Both the position numbers and the translations under genes were made by a program. Shown here one piece after another: positions 1-10,370 of a DNA stretch of 20,000 nucleotides. How positions within the stretch are numbered: the first letter of the stretch is position 1; each line of letters begins with the position of its first letter. Source of the stretch: Lobosporangium transversale (lineage: Eukaryota); the NCBI RefSeq assembly GCF_002105155.1, contig NW_019028998.1, forward strand, positions 670,172 through 690,171, in the 5' to 3' direction. A model generated the notes under the pieces. That model was not told the origin of the DNA. It worked only from the letters and a program-made list of their open reading frames with translations, and searched no databases.

Positions 1-2
1 CC

Positions 3-200
3 ATTATAAACCTTTTGAGTCGGCAAACGCTGGTGCAGGAGAGCGCAGATGCATCAATGAGGACAGAAAGCGGTTCTCCATCAAGTAGACAAAAAAGAGT
101 GTACACCTTATTTTTGGGATCTGCTTTTTTGTCGGAAGATTTTTTCCAACATATTTCAAGATATCCATGGAGTAATGAGGAAGTAAAGGATGAGAACTGA
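3..200 (+). CDS. Possible 3' end of a gene entering from the left (unknown product)
   Basis: Frame 3 is open from the window edge (IINLLSRQTL...EVKDEN) to TGA at 198-200, convergent with the gene ending at 278. No recognisable motif. Confidence 0.25.
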   Translation: MINLLSRQTLVQESADASMRTESGSPSSRQKRVYTLFLGSAFLSEDFFQHISRYPWSNEEVKDEN

Positions 201-277
201 AAGTTATTGTTTTGAAGTTATGAGGGAGAACGAACGTTTTATATGAAAAGAGGTTTATTTAAAATAATAACAAAGAA

Positions 278-592
278 CTACTGTTCTTGTTCGCTATTTA
301 TCATGACATGGCGATTGAACTTCTTTCTATTTAATCTCAAAAAAAAAAAAAAAAAAAAAAAAAAGAAGAGTCTATTAACTCATTAACAACAAATAAAGGA
401 TGTCATACCTCTCTTCAAGAGCGTCTATCCTCTCACAAAGCACCTTAATTACTGCCTCATGTTTTTTAACACTATCCTGTAATGAATGGCCATCTGAACA
501 TGTATCGGCATTCGAGGCTGGAGGGACCGGCGGCGCATTATTTTCGGCAACTTTTACAGGTCTTGTAGTGTCGTAACACAGATGTACGGTTG

Positions 593-628
<36 letters not shown>

Positions 629-839
629 ACAGGGTGAGAAAGGCCATGTCTGACATGGGATTACGATGAATGAGGAAAGGTTCAGTTGTATTTTCTAACT
701 CGAACTCAACCAGGATGGATAAGTGATAACGATTTAAATGATCATGATATTCACGGAGTAATTTTTCTTCATCTTTTTTCTTTTTTCCCACGAGTCCTTT
801 GGCACAAAAGAAAAAAATGTATTTGTTGGATTCACTCAT
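278..839 (-). CDS. Small 3-exon hypothetical protein, ~136 aa, with a C-terminal coiled-coil-like segment
   Basis: Exons 839-631, 561-409 and 326-278. Introns 630-562 (GTAAAT...AAG) and 408-327 (GTATGA...TAG) each contain a long poly(T) tract. Phases match (CT|A, AG|A) and give 411 nt: MSESNK...AFLTL PVKVAENNAPP...VLCERIDALEER KKFNRH...EQEQ*. Confidence 0.6.
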
Positions 840-1658
840 TGTGGAAAGATAAAAAGAAAGATGAAAGAATGGTCAAGAGGAAAGAGACAAAGAACAAAAC
901 CAACACGCAGTGAGGGAGATGAGACACAAGAGAATGGAAGAAAAAGGAAGAGATACAAAGCAAAAAAATAAATATGAGCATACAGGGGAAGAGACACGGG
1001 CCATTTTTTGGCAGACGTCGATTACGCCCTATCAGCTGCCCAATCGATGTGTCAATAAGTGAGTCAAATTCATTAAAGTTGAAGCCAACATAAAATATTT
1101 GGTGTTTCTACTTTCAAATGTGGAAGGCTGTATATGGCTAACATCACTTTTGTGAGCCCATGTAGCCCAGATGTCGTAATGAAGCCCGGTTTGCGCATTT
1201 AAAGTGAGTTTAATGATCTGATATCTTTTTCAGAACAAATTAACACAGCCAAGTTTCGCGGTAAATGCCTTGTACTTCAGTATCATGTATTCGATTTGTA
1301 TTTTCAGTTGTCATGAAGAAAGTTTCAGTCTTCTCTTTATACTTCCCTTTGTGTCCATGGCACTCTCAAGCTCATTTCTCGTATCAAAAAGTTCGAGCTC
1401 GAAATGCCAATTTGTGTCGTTTCAGGCTGACAAGCACGCCTATTCATAAAAAGTCAGCAACTACAGTATATAAATATAGATTAAGGTATAGATACATAAA
1501 GTAAATTGTTTGTCATTAATGAAGAGAGAGTGTTTTAATGCAATCAATGCGAAATATACAAAGTAACAGCTATTTAAACAGATCTGCAAAATTATAAATC
1601 CTATGTCAACAAAATGGGACGTCCTTACAATGTTGGGTAAAAAAAAATAGAATTGCTG

Positions 1659-3475
1659 TTAGATAGTCAACAGCTCATTGTCAATTCTTTGAGTATTGCC
1701 ACTACTGTCCTTCCAGCGAGCACTCATCCGCACTGTATTAAAACTCTTATCGTGCCAGAAATGCACCAAATTCACCCCTTGGTCCAGTTCCGCGTCGGTT
1801 TGCCAGTATGGGTGCTTAAAATAGTCGTCCTCACAGGTAAAATGAACAACCCAAGCTTCTTCTGCTGGGAGTAAACGTTTGTAAGTTAGCGTCTTGCTGA
1901 TATGGTCCTTAATAGAAGTTTGACTCCCTATAGCCAAAAGCTCGATAACAACCGTAGGTTTTCCTGCTTTCTTGATGACAATGTCAATATATTTGTGGTC
2001 CTCATGCTCACGGAGGCGCCACTGGCCAATGATCTCATATTTTTTTGTTTTGTTTAGCCAGTTGGTGAGAACTCTCATCAATTCCGTGTCATAGACGCTT
2101 TCTCGAGGGACACTGGCGTTGTAGTCGCCCATAACCTTAACTGTTCTCCCCGAACTTTTGTATGATCGATCTTCCGCCTGCAAAATCAAGTCTTTATCGA
2201 AAAATCGAAGAGCAATCTTCATAATCTCTAGAATATCCAATGATCCTCCTCTTTTCTTTGGGGGTGACTCTGAAGGAGCGTGAGGATATTTTAATGGGAT
2301 AATATATCTCCTCACAAACGAGTCAATGAATGCTGAGGCCATACGGTAGTTACTGCCATCAAGTCTTATCAGCACCCCTTCTGCAGTTAGGAAGTCTGCC
2401 AATCTCTGTTGTTCCATGTCTGTGATAGATATATCGCCGAGATACCCAATAAAATCTGTTCGGAGAAGATTAACAGCATCTGTAGCTGATTCATTCAAAA
2501 GTGAATCGACCATCCTTCTGAAAGTATGGTACGAAAGCATCCTCTTATTCTGATTGTCTGTGGAGAAGTCCTGCCATGTATCGTAATCGAGACATTTCGT
2601 CGAGCCGTTGACTTTCGAGCGAAGATCCTCATGAATGGAGCGTCCACAAAGACAAATCATTCCTGGATGACTATTGACATTGAGCACAATTCATTGTATT
2701 AGAATGGCACATCAACTCGTGGAGAGTTAACTAAGCTTAAAAAACATACCCATTTGACTTCGAGTGTACGTCTCGCATCACCAAAAGTTCTCCAGAAAAC
2801 AGACTCATTATTGCGAACGTTAACTTCCTCAAATGATAGTCTAAATGAAAAATATAAGGTCAGTACCGGTACAATAGCGCATACATTGCATCCACTTTAT
2901 CCATTTTCGCGGAAGTTGGCTTACGGGAGGCAGCGATACCCAAAGTCAGTTAATTGGGTGATAAGTCGATACAACCATGTTGTTTTTCCAGAGGCACGTG
3001 CGCCTATGAGCATCACTAAATCGCGGCGAAAAACGCTCTGTAGTATTTCCTTATTTTTGTCATGGTCCGCAGGATCCACATAGTAGACTTTATTAACATC
3101 GTCGAATCTGATCGGTCCATTGACTGTCCGGAATGTAATGAGACAGACCATGGCGATTATAAATTGAGGTTCATTCTGCTTCTTTCTGCTCCAAATCATA
3201 CTTTTAACCTGCTTTTTTTTTATTTTTTTTTTCATCATGTACCAGAGATATTCGAGCTCTGCCTGCTAGATCCCTGCATCTGGGTATCCCACGGGGCCAA
3301 CAGAGCTTACGAGGAGGACTGTGTTCAAGATGAGTAAGGATGACCTTTCCCAGGCTTGTGAGAGTGCAGGAGGATCATTTGTGATGCGCACTCACACGCT
3401 GGAAGAGCACGCACAGTTTTCCAAGAAGGTGCGATCTCCGCACCAAGAGAGTTCAACAAAATAAACTGGGTTGTT
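1659..3475 (-). pseudogene. CRN-type C-terminal module (AAA-like P-loop NTPase + REase-fold), lacking a header and internally deleted
   Basis: Exon 3123-2925 (VNGPI...YYVDP...Walker A GARASGKT), intron 2924-2841, exon 2840-2750, intron 2749-2671, exon 2670-1659 (HPGMICLCG...YDTELMRVL...YIDIVI...VVIELLA...AWVVHF). The 91-nt middle exon changes frame and no Walker B is present. Upstream intron 3242-3124 is predicted. Family assignment is from recalled motifs. Confidence 0.75.
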
Positions 3476-3523
3476 ACAAACGTTTATGTGAATGAATAAG
3501 CTTTTTTTATTTTCTGAAAACAA

Positions 3524-6500
3524 TTAGTCGCCATCTTGCAGTGTTAAGGACGATTCTTGCTCGTTGGATTTGATCTTCTTTTCTCTTCCATGCTCAATTG
3601 CCTCTCCACTTCTCTTGATGGAATCCAATAGCTCAATCTCGTTCTCATGAAAGTATTCGGCAATGTTGCCCTCATCTATCACCATTAGAGCCTGCCTTGA
3701 ATCTGGGGGATGCATGGTCTTATTTTTATCTGACAATTTTCCAGGATACATTAACAACAAGCTAAGATACCTTTCATTCGGAGGGCAAAAGCGGTCAAAG
3801 TTGGGCAAATGGTGTACATTGATCGCGTCGCGGCTAATTGTCTCTAAGGCGTGTGCTGCTTTCATACCATCAAGCTTCTTCACGAATTTGAGCTGGACAA
3901 ATACGGGGTACATCTTTTTGTTGATCTTGAGAATAAACACAATGTCTGGACCAGTGATTTCGTCCGTGGGGAAATAAAATGGAGGAATCTCTCTTTTATC
4001 AATCCTCGAATCATGGTCGAAATGGGCCTCCAAGAATTGCTCCATAGTCAAGTCACTGCAATCAGCTCCAATGCGGGATTTTTTCCATCCAACTATGGTG
4101 GCTTCGTGATCAACCAGATCCAGAGGTGCATTTTTTGGAAACATCTTTTTCGCAAGCGTCTTGTTGTGGAAGATGTTGATCAAGCTCAAAGGAACTTGAC
4201 ACTCCCAAAATTTTCCATGTATTTTGGGGTCTTTAGTGAATGTCCAAAAGGTAACTATCATGTTGTGAAATCCAGGGTCTGATTTTTGAAAGTAATTGTG
4301 GACTGCAAGAAACACAAATGGTTCGTCGATCACTGTACGATATTCTGACGATTTTGACTTGATAAACTCCATCCTACCAAGCGCCGATTCTACAAGTTGG
4401 GGAAGTTCCTTAGCGATAACAGTTTGTACTCCAAATAACACCATGCGAACAAGTGCTATTTGACGAGATAGAGCATCTCAGATTTCTCCCACATTAAGCG
4501 CTTCATAGCGTGATGAAAGTCAGAGCATAAGTTCCCCCTTTTCCTCTGGTTCAAATCATCAGGGCAAGTTGCTAGCCTTTGTTGCACGTCCTTTATCTCC
4601 TTCATCCAGATTGGCTCTTCTTGAGATCCTGGCTCATTTTGCTCCCTTTTAGTCTCCTCGATCGCATTGTGCTTCCATATAGTTCCCTCGATCACGCTGA
4701 TAATGGGTCGGAATCGGCCTCGGAGGAGTCGGTACATCGTATCGACTGCAGCTGGCGGTATCATTTCATCGATTTTTTCACGACCTGTAGTCACTTGATC
4801 TTTAAGACGCTCTAAGTATTCGGTGATTTGTGCTATACTACTCCATCCAGAAAAATTGGTGATACGATAGGATTGACCTCCATCCGGTTCCTTGGTACCT
4901 TTGGCTTCTGCGCCAGAATCCTCCAACCATTGAAGGTCATTAAGACTAAGGCCAGTCCCACACGGAATGATACAAACATGTTGCGAATCCGTGGTTACTG
5001 TTTCAAGGCCATGGACTACAGGCGATAGTAATGGCCTCGGTCTGCTATCGGGTAGGTTCGATTGGAATCGTTTCTCAAATACTCGGCTGAAATTCTGAGC
5101 CTCATCAACTACAATCAGAATTTTGGTCGATGGATTCAGTTGACTTTGAACTTGTTCAAAAGCTTTTTGAACGACACGGCATACGTTCCCTCTTCCAACA
5201 CCTCCCCTGTGGAAGCCTGCGGCTATAGTATTGAAAAGCTTGTCAAAAATATCGGGTACCTCCTTGCTGAAAGCTGAGGGGCAAACCTGCAAGAGCATCA
5301 AGCTTTCACAAGTTAGGTTTTTGTTCAATCCCAGACAGTGTTGGAAGATCAGTAGTCTTGACAGGAGTAGGCAGTGCGTGATTGCTTGTGTGTTAAGGCC
5401 ATTTTCTGCCTTATCTTGATTATTATATAACCGTTCCAAATTTGCCTCTTGCATAAACTTAGCAAGCGATGTCAAGTCATTGGATCCTCTATCGGTGCTG
5501 CTGGCGTTCAAATAGATGCCCCATTTCTGGGAAAGAATCTCGATGACAGTCCTGGTCTTCCCGCAACCACTAACTCCAAACAATGATAGTTGACGAGGAT
5601 CATCTTCATAAATTTTTTTGATTGCCTCTTCACATGGATGGTATATAGTGTTATTGAGAGATGTCGATGGGCTAAGGAGAAGAAGACTTGGCCATTCTTT
5701 TTTCTCGCTTGGCGCTCCTCTCCTAGGGACTTTCGGAAGACCTGACACAACTCCCCCAGTCAGTGGAAGTTTAAGGTCACCATTGGCGTATGATTCTAGG
5801 AATTGCTTGACCTTTCCCTGGAAGAATTCCTTCTTGATTCTCTCAAGCCAGAGTCTCTCTAGATATGACATGTGACGGACAATGTTAATATGCCGTAAAA
5901 ACTAATGTGCTATATAACCCGTAATATAACCCGACAAATCTCTTACCATCCTCATCATTTAGTTCTAAAGCTCTTGGACCTAAGTATCCATAATGTTTCA
6001 AGAAAAGGCGTTAGAATAAGCTGCAGCATGTAGCAAAAGATTAAACGAGAAATTGACTCAATCCACAACCACAAAAAAAAGAAAAGAAAGGGCATTAGGA
6101 ATAGGCTCCGGGTGTGCAAACTCAATCAAAAGACCCAAGGAATGAATACAGAGCATCTGCGATGCTGAAAGTCTACTTGAGAAATAGACTCATTTACTGT
6201 TGACTTGAGAACTCGTACCTGCAAAGGATCCTAACAATTGCAACAGCAATAAAATAAATAAACATGTTAGCATGAACAGTAATGTTGATCGTCATGCACA
6301 GGAGTTTAAGCTCCATCTGGCTGAAAATATCAGTAGCCAGCCCATCAAGAGCTACCTTGTGATGGCCGCTGAATAATGACGTGTATGGTTTTCTTCGCTG
6401 GAGCAGAACCAAAGACCTCAGAGATCTCGCTTGTTGCTCTGGTGAGTAGCTCCTTTGATTCAATATTGGCGAGATTGATTGTAGCGCCCTCATCAGGAAC

Positions 6501-6671
6501 AGAGATGTGAAAGAGATTCAATTTGTCGGCATCAATCTCTCGGAAGTCGTTTTCTTTTTCCTTCTTGATTGCTTTTTTGAGAGCAGCAATTGAGTCATCA
6601 GCATCCAATTGGACTTCAAATGCGGAAGAGTCGCCGTCGAGAATACAAAAGAGCTTAATTTTTTGAGTCAT
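3524..6671 (-). CDS. Crinkler (CRN) family effector: CRN N-terminal domain + P-loop NTPase + PD-(D/E)xK-like REase; one 1-nt frameshift near 4460
   Basis: Exon 1 6671-6356 (KLFCILDG...LKKAIK...DADKLNLFHIS...HVIIQRP, matching the LFLAK/HVLVxxP-type header). Micro-exons 6230-6219 and 5979-5947, then exon 5858-3524. Three phase-1 GT-AG introns. Walker A GVSGCGKT, Walker B ILIVVDEAQ, nuclease-like GPDIVF...VFVQLK. About 898 aa if one base is restored at GTCAAATAG. Confidence 0.85.
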
Positions 6672-6688
6672 CTTGGTTTAATTGCGTA

Positions 6689-6691
6689 CTG

Positions 6692-6725
<34 letters not shown>

Positions 6726-6732
6726 TTGTCAG
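6689..6732 (-). other. Probable 5'-UTR intron acceptor of the CRN gene
   Basis: Minus strand reads CTGAC (branch), ~30 T, then CAG, 17 nt before the ATG. An in-frame TAA lies between acceptor and ATG, so it is UTR. Donor uncertain (GTACGT near 6906). Confidence 0.5.
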
Positions 6733-7448
6733 TAAATCAGCAAAGAGCGAATTTGATTAAAGTGAACTGAGCAAGAATGTTGGCGTTAATGTGAAGATTG
6801 AAAGAGAAATGCTTAGAGGAAGAGGGATGAAAGAAAGAAAAGATGGATGTGTGAGAAAAAAAAAGAGTGGCAATAGGATGTGCTCACTAAAAATAAAATT
6901 ACGTACACGCGTTTTTATTCCCATCATCCATCATACAATTATATACATACATTTTCCTCTCTATTGCTTGATTATCCTTCAGAATCTTTGTTTTCGCACC
7001 TTAACTACACGTTAAACATTTAATTCAAGGTTATATCTATTTTTTTTATCTCTTTCTTTACATCTTTAATTTTTGCTCCTCCATGTGCACCTCTTTCTCT
7101 CTCTCTAGACACCTCTTACTCTCTCTTTCCTCGCTTATTTTGTCCATTATTTTTTTATTTTCCTCACCAATTTTTTTCACTTTTATCTCTCAGCACACAT
7201 TCCCTGCCCATTTTTTATTTCATACTCTGTGCACCTATCTCTCTCTCGCTCTCTTTGCACAGCTTTTTCTCATTCTGTGAATCAATCATTTCAATTTACT
7301 TTCGCACACCGATTTCCTTTCCTTATACGCACCCATTTTCCCTGCTCACTGATTTTTCCTTCGCTTCCTCTGTTCTAGTTTTCCTCACTCAGTACACACC
7401 TAATTTCCTCCCATTTGTATTTTCCTTTCATTGCGTTCCCATTATTTT

Positions 7449-7454
<6 letters not shown>

Positions 7455-7544
<90 letters not shown>
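7455..7544. repeat. (TC)45 microsatellite
   Basis: Perfect dinucleotide run ending a pyrimidine-rich tract (~7040-7544). Confidence 0.98.
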
Positions 7545-7547
<3 letters not shown>

Positions 7548-7598
7548 ACCGTTAGAACGTGAAGGCCTCACATCTGTGCCAATCTTTCATTGACGCTA

Positions 7599-7780
7599 TT
7601 ATCCAATCGACATTCGTAAGTCTTTATCATTTCGGTGGTTTCCGTCCCTGGTAATCTCTGCATTAATTTGGTGTTCCTGGACAGTCTGCATTATCATGTC
7701 TGCGTGCGAAGGTAATGTAATGTGCTTTATTTCATACAGTGGCTTCCAAAATTGTCCACATGTTCCGCGCCCATGTTTTC
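7599..7780 (-). pseudogene. Possible highly degenerate hAT-transposase fragment
   Basis: Joining two frames gives HVDNF/WKPLYEIKHITLPSHADMIMQTVQEHQINAEITRDGNHRN, loosely like the hAT H.ID..W...HT...ITTDN..N region. It lies next to hAT-like ends. Resemblance only. Confidence 0.2.
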
Positions 7781-7858
7781 CATCTTGATAAGAATAATAG
7801 CGATGTTTGCTTGCACTTTTATTTTTATTAGAATAAACAAGCATGCCAATGTTAAGTG

Positions 7859-7975
7859 CAGTGCTCCTATTTGGTTCGAACGGTTCGAATTCGAACAGCT
7901 TCGAATGCATTCGATTCGAATAAGCCTTATCCAGGTTCGATTCGAATGGTTCGAATGGTTCGAATAGGAGCGTGG
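7859..7975. mobile_element. hAT-like MITE copy 1 (degenerate right end)
   Basis: CAGTGCTCCTATT...AATAGGAGC(gtgg) with eight internal TTCGAA palindromes. No 8-bp TSD seen. Confidence 0.6.
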
Positions 7976-8129
7976 TGGTTTGAATTGCGACGTGTTATGA
8001 CTGATATAGCTCATAGCCCTGGTTCAGAGTTGTATTGCAAAAAGTTTTATTTGATTTGCTAGTATTGAGAGATGCTTATACTCTTATTTAGAAAACTATA
8101 TAAGGCTCAATCAAGGCATCTCTTTCAAC

Positions 8130-8274
8130 CAGTGCTCCTATTCGATTCGAATGGTTTGAATGGCTCGAATCATTTGAACCATTCGAATAGCATTCGAATC
8201 CTGTTATCTATTCGTATTCGAATCGAATTCGATATCAGGCAAATTCGATTCGAATGGTTCGAATAGGAGCACTG
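8130..8274. mobile_element. hAT-like MITE copy 2
   Basis: Perfect TIR CAGTGCTCCTATTCGA...TCGAATAGGAGCACTG (inverted match extends to 8128/8276), filled with TTCGAA repeats. No 8-bp TSD seen. Confidence 0.7.
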
Positions 8275-8497
8275 GTCCGGGACAGTTACCTTGGGAAAAC
8301 CAAACTGGACGTGATGGAGCGGCTAGGTGGGATGAAGTTTTTGATGACTATGGATAGTGGATAATTTGTCGCGTTGCGCAACAGGCCACGTCGGAAAGGT
8401 GGACTTTGTCGTATACCAGCCACCAAGTCAGAAGCTCGTCACGTGATTCGAGGCCAAGCAAGTCACGAACTAACGCCACCACGGCTCGGTTCAGGTC

Positions 8498-8660
8498 TGA
8501 GTCATAGCATGTGAAAGCATATGACTCATTGATAAGCATAGCCTATGACTCAATGATAAGCATAGCCTATGACTCATTGATAAACATAGCCCATCGATAA
8601 GCATTGCCCATGAGTCATCGATAGGTACAGCCCTATGACTCACTGATAAGCATAGCCCAT
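8498..8660 (+). promoter_or_regulatory. 24-bp tandem array in LTR U3 carrying TGACTCA and GATAAG motifs
   Basis: Unit TATGACTCAtTGATAAGCATAGCC, with TGACTCA at 8522, 8546 and 8570 plus degenerate copies, directly upstream of the TATA box. Confidence 0.75.
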
Positions 8661-8700
8661 GAATAACATATAAATAGAGACGCATTCCCCACCTAGTTTA

Positions 8701-10303
8701 TGGTGCGTGCCAAAACTGATGCAATAATTTGCATTTTTTAACATTCATTCCTCATTCTCCTTTTCCTTTCTAATGATCTTCCCTACCATCACCGCTTCTC
8801 ATTCTCATTTGTCTCACCTTCGTAGACTGTCATCGCTGTTCTCATCAATGACGCAATTAGCGAATAATCGCCATTTGTATAGTCATGTCTCATTGCATCA
8901 GTTTTGGTAAAAAGTACATGTCAGGTTTGTCCATCCCTTACTTCTTTCTTATTCTTTATTCTTTCTTTATAGCACCATCACCACTGATACACCAAGCGAC
9001 ACTCTACATATCTGCCATATCTTTATCATAACATGAAATCATTATCCAAATCAACTATCCAAAATGCAACTGCTCTACTTCACCAGGGAAAGTCTTCCAG
9101 AGAAGTGTCAAAGAGTTTAGGGATATCTGTTACCTCAGCTCAAAGGATTAGGAAAAGAGGCAAAGAAAGTATTCCAGTGCTGAGAGGGGGCCGACCCTGC
9201 AAAGTTACTAAGAAAACGAAGCAGCTTTTATCAAGATTTTTTGACATGGGTGTATTGGAGACCCTAAAAGATGGCCAACAACTTGTTCAATTGAGGGAAG
9301 GAGTGCAGGTTAGTAAATCGAGCATCAGGAGGTTCCTTATGCAGGATGATATGGGGGCATATGTAAAACAGAAGCAGCCTGATCTGACGAAGAAGCAAAT
9401 CTATGCTCGATATAATTTTGCAAAGGATCACTTGGACAGGACTCTAGAAGACTGGAAGAACGTCATGTTCTCAGATGAGACCATCTTTAGCAGAGTTGGG
9501 TCCTGCGGAAGAAAGTACTACTACAAGCATCGATGGGATAAAACTCTACGAGCACATCATATCAAAAAGACAAGGCAAGGCGGTGGAGGCAAAATGATGT
9601 TCTGGGGTTGTATAACTTACTACGGACCAGGCGATGGCTGCTGGCTCCAAGAGAAGGTGGATTCGGTGACATACGTCGACGTTCTCAAGGATTATATCTT
9701 TAAGTCCAGGGATTACTACTTGATGGATAAGGACAAATTTATATTTCAGCAGGACAATGCTAGGATTCATACCGGAAGAATAGCAATGACCTATATCCAA
9801 AAGTCTAAGATACCTCTCATGGAATGGCCAGCAAACTCTCCTGACATCAACCCAATAGAAAACATATGGGCATACATGAAGGTGCAGTTGGATCATTATC
9901 CAGACAAGGCAAAGAATATGGAGGATCTCTGGGAGAGAGTCCAAGACGTATGGACACATATCCCTCCTGAATTCTTACACAAACTATACTGCGGTATGCC
10001 GAAGAGGATGAGGGAGTTATATAAGGCTAAAGGAGGGAACATCGTTAGGGGAAAGGAGAAGTAACAGGAATAAATAAAAACAAGAAGTTGTTAATTGCCA
10101 TAATAGATGCAATGAGATGTTGAAAGCAAATTGCAATTAAATGCTAATTAGGCCACTGATGGCGATGACGATGAGACTCCATGGAGGTGAGACAAATGAG
10201 AATGAGAAACGGTGGTGGCAGGGAAGATCATAAAGAGGAAGAAGGAGAATGAGGAATGAATGTTGAAAAATGCAATTTATTGCATCAGTTTTGGCACGCA
10301 CTA
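8701..10303 (+). mobile_element. Tc1-like DNA transposon A (1603 bp)
   Basis: TA on both sides (8699-8700, 10304-10305). Imperfect ~210-bp TIRs begin T(G/A)GTGCGTGCCAAAACTGATGCAATAA. Confidence 0.93.
9033..10064 (+). CDS. Tc1 transposase, DD34E, 343 aa
   Basis: N-terminal HTH, GRP motif, FSDET, FQQDNA, WPANSPDINPIE. 34 residues lie between the second D and E. Confidence 0.95.
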   Translation: MKSLSKSTIQNATALLHQGKSSREVSKSLGISVTSAQRIRKRGKESIPVLRGGRPCKVTKKTKQLLSRFFDMGVLETLKDGQQLVQLREGVQVSKSSIRRFLMQDDMGAYVKQKQPDLTKKQIYARYNFAKDHLDRTLEDWKNVMFSDETIFSRVGSCGRKYYYKHRWDKTLRAHHIKKTRQGGGGKMMFWGCITYYGPGDGCWLQEKVDSVTYVDVLKDYIFKSRDYYLMDKDKFIFQQDNARIHTGRIAMTYIQKSKIPLMEWPANSPDINPIENIWAYMKVQLDHYPDKAKNMEDLWERVQDVWTHIPPEFLHKLYCGMPKRMRELYKAKGGNIVRGKEK

Positions 10304-10370
10304 TAGTTCCTTACCTGATATCTTGAATAAAACTCCTAAGCTTTCCTTGACCCTTGTTCCTGTTCACATA

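Noticed and set aside
338..625. Poly(A) runs as retro-insertion tails (also 6692-6721)
   Set aside because: They lie inside predicted minus-strand introns as polypyrimidine tracts and have no TSDs.
3663..5875. Plus-strand ORFs opposite the CRN gene (and similar ones opposite transposases and pol)
   Set aside because: Antisense shadows with no motifs.
5912..5933. TATAACCCG direct repeat
   Set aside because: Short intronic duplication with no further structure.
8367..8406. Alternative LTR start at TGTCGCG (8367)
   Set aside because: It gives no TSD. The start at 8407 yields a perfect GACTT TSD and restores the host element.
7859..8660. CRISPR-like array or heat-shock elements in the short repeats
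   Set aside because: No unique spacers and a eukaryotic context. TTCGAA spacing does not fit nGAAnnTTCn arrays. MITE and LTR structure explain the repeats.
7083..8685. Short ORFs over the CT tract, MITEs and 24-bp array
   Set aside because: They are translations of low-complexity or repeat DNA.
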